DNA from: Deltaproteobacteria bacterium
GTDB taxonomy: Bacteria; Desulfobacterota; Desulfobacteria; Desulfobacterales; UBA11574
Length of the DNA: 35,279 nt
NCBI GenBank assembly: GCA_019313505.1
Contig: JAFDBA010000006.1
Span: forward strand, 1-35,279
Direction of reading: 5' to 3'
Part shown: one piece after another, positions 34,631 to 35,279 of the stretch
Layout of the letters: each line of letters opens with the position of its first letter
Position numbering within the stretch: the first letter of the stretch is position 1
The notes under the pieces: generated by a model
Database searches by the model: none
What the model saw: the letters and a program-made list of their open reading frames with translations, nothing else
Told to the model about the DNA's origin: nothing
Translations under genes and position numbers: made by a program

Positions 34631-34699
34631 ATCCTTGAGAGAAGAAAAAGTATACACCCGGAGGAGGGGTTCTCCAAGGCTTTAACAAAGGAGGTATCT

Positions 34700-35236
34700 T
34701 TGAAAACAGGAAAGAAGACTTTGAAAGGACTTGACCGGCCCCCTGAAGTTGGAATTGTAATGGGAAGTGATTCCGACTTTGAAATTATGGAAGAAACCGC
34801 TTCGGTTTTAAAAAAATTCGGGGTGTCCTATGAGATGACGGTTGCATCAGCGCACAGGAGTCCCAAAAGGGCAGCTGAATTTGCATCTCTTGCACATAAG
34901 CGGGGGATAAAAGTTATTGTTGCCGGGGCCGGGCACGCAGCACATCTGGCAGGGACTATGGCGGCCTTTACTTGTCTTCCTGTTATTGGAGTTCCAATAG
35001 ATTCTTCCTGCCTTCAAGGATTCGATTCCCTTCTTTCTACGGTTCAGATGCCTCCGGGTATCCCTGTAGCCACCGTATCCATCGGAAAACCGGGTGCACG
35101 AAATGCAGGTATCCTGGCAGTACAGATACTTGCTATATCAGATAATAAACTTACAAAAATGCTTAAAGCATTTAAAGAGGAACTTGCAAAACAGGTTGAT
35201 CAAAAAGCAAACAAGCTTAAAGATTCTTCAAGTTGA
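34700..35236 (+). CDS. purE: 5-(carboxyamino)imidazole ribonucleotide mutase
   Basis: The motifs are VGIVMGSDSDFEIMEETASVLKKFGVSYEMTVASAHRSP, VIVAGAGHAAHLAG, and GVPI...LLSTVQMPPGIPVATV. The TTG start lies 5 nt after a strong AAGGAGG (34688-34694). Confidence 0.9.
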   Translation: MKTGKKTLKGLDRPPEVGIVMGSDSDFEIMEETASVLKKFGVSYEMTVASAHRSPKRAAEFASLAHKRGIKVIVAGAGHAAHLAGTMAAFTCLPVIGVPIDSSCLQGFDSLLSTVQMPPGIPVATVSIGKPGARNAGILAVQILAISDNKLTKMLKAFKEELAKQVDQKANKLKDSSS

Positions 35237-35279
35237 CCCGTTAAATCCCAGACATGATCTAATCATGGAGGCTGTTCTT

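Noticed and set aside
34457-34657. A 66-aa minus-strand ORF
   Set aside because: It lies entirely within copy B of the 149-bp inverted-repeat element. The equivalent region of copy A has substitutions that do not respect this frame. It is the typical spurious ORF generated by intergenic repeats.
35237-35279. A possible start of another gene (ATGGAGGCTGTTCTT at about 35265) at the window edge
   Set aside because: Only about 5 codons are visible, so nothing can be supported.

Overview
This window is a mostly housekeeping chromosomal segment. It looks like it comes from a sulfate-reducing, Desulfobacterales-like deltaproteobacterium. That origin is an inference from four things: a DsrC with both C-terminal cysteines, an AhbA/B-type siroheme decarboxylase homolog, a tungsten-type aldehyde:ferredoxin oxidoreductase, and TTTTTACGA-type intergenic repeats.

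Minus-strand blocks:
- ccdA (partial, missing from the ORF track), a ThiS/MoaD-like gene, aor and proC.
- coaX, a ybbR-like gene, folP, ftsH, tilS and a lipoprotein gene.
- A CN-hydrolase gene, an ahbA/B-like gene, yjbQ and dsrC.
- A disrupted TIGR01212-type radical-SAM gene.

Plus-strand blocks:
- yggT, divIVA, pilT, a pilU-like gene, a Zn-ribbon/pseudo-receiver gene, a 48-aa ORF and an MBL hydrolase gene.
- grpE and dnaK.
- miaA and nadE.
- mnmG, a cbpA-like J-protein gene, hpt and a Zn-ribbon/acidic-repeat/DUF3426-like gene.
- A SHOCT membrane protein gene, ddl, an ATP-grasp gene and purE.

RNA features: a long, Bacillus-type SRP RNA with an Alu domain; a tRNA with anticodon CAT; and a cobalamin riboswitch with a very strong terminator.

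I found no defence island, prophage, CRISPR array, integrase or transposase. The most unusual points are:
1. The B12 riboswitch controls a monocistronic 86-aa protein of unknown function, in a decayed region that also holds an alanine dehydrogenase relic.
2. A 149-bp element with terminal inverted repeats is present twice at about 95% identity, plus solo ends. One copy supplies the stop codon of the ATP-grasp gene.
3. The large SRP RNA is hidden under a false ORF.
4. A YbbR/CdaR-like gene sits next to folP with no cdaA.
5. There are two pseudogenes (ald and the radical-SAM gene).
6. Several intergenic regions carry phased short-repeat arrays.

All family assignments come from reading motifs by eye. 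No searches were run.
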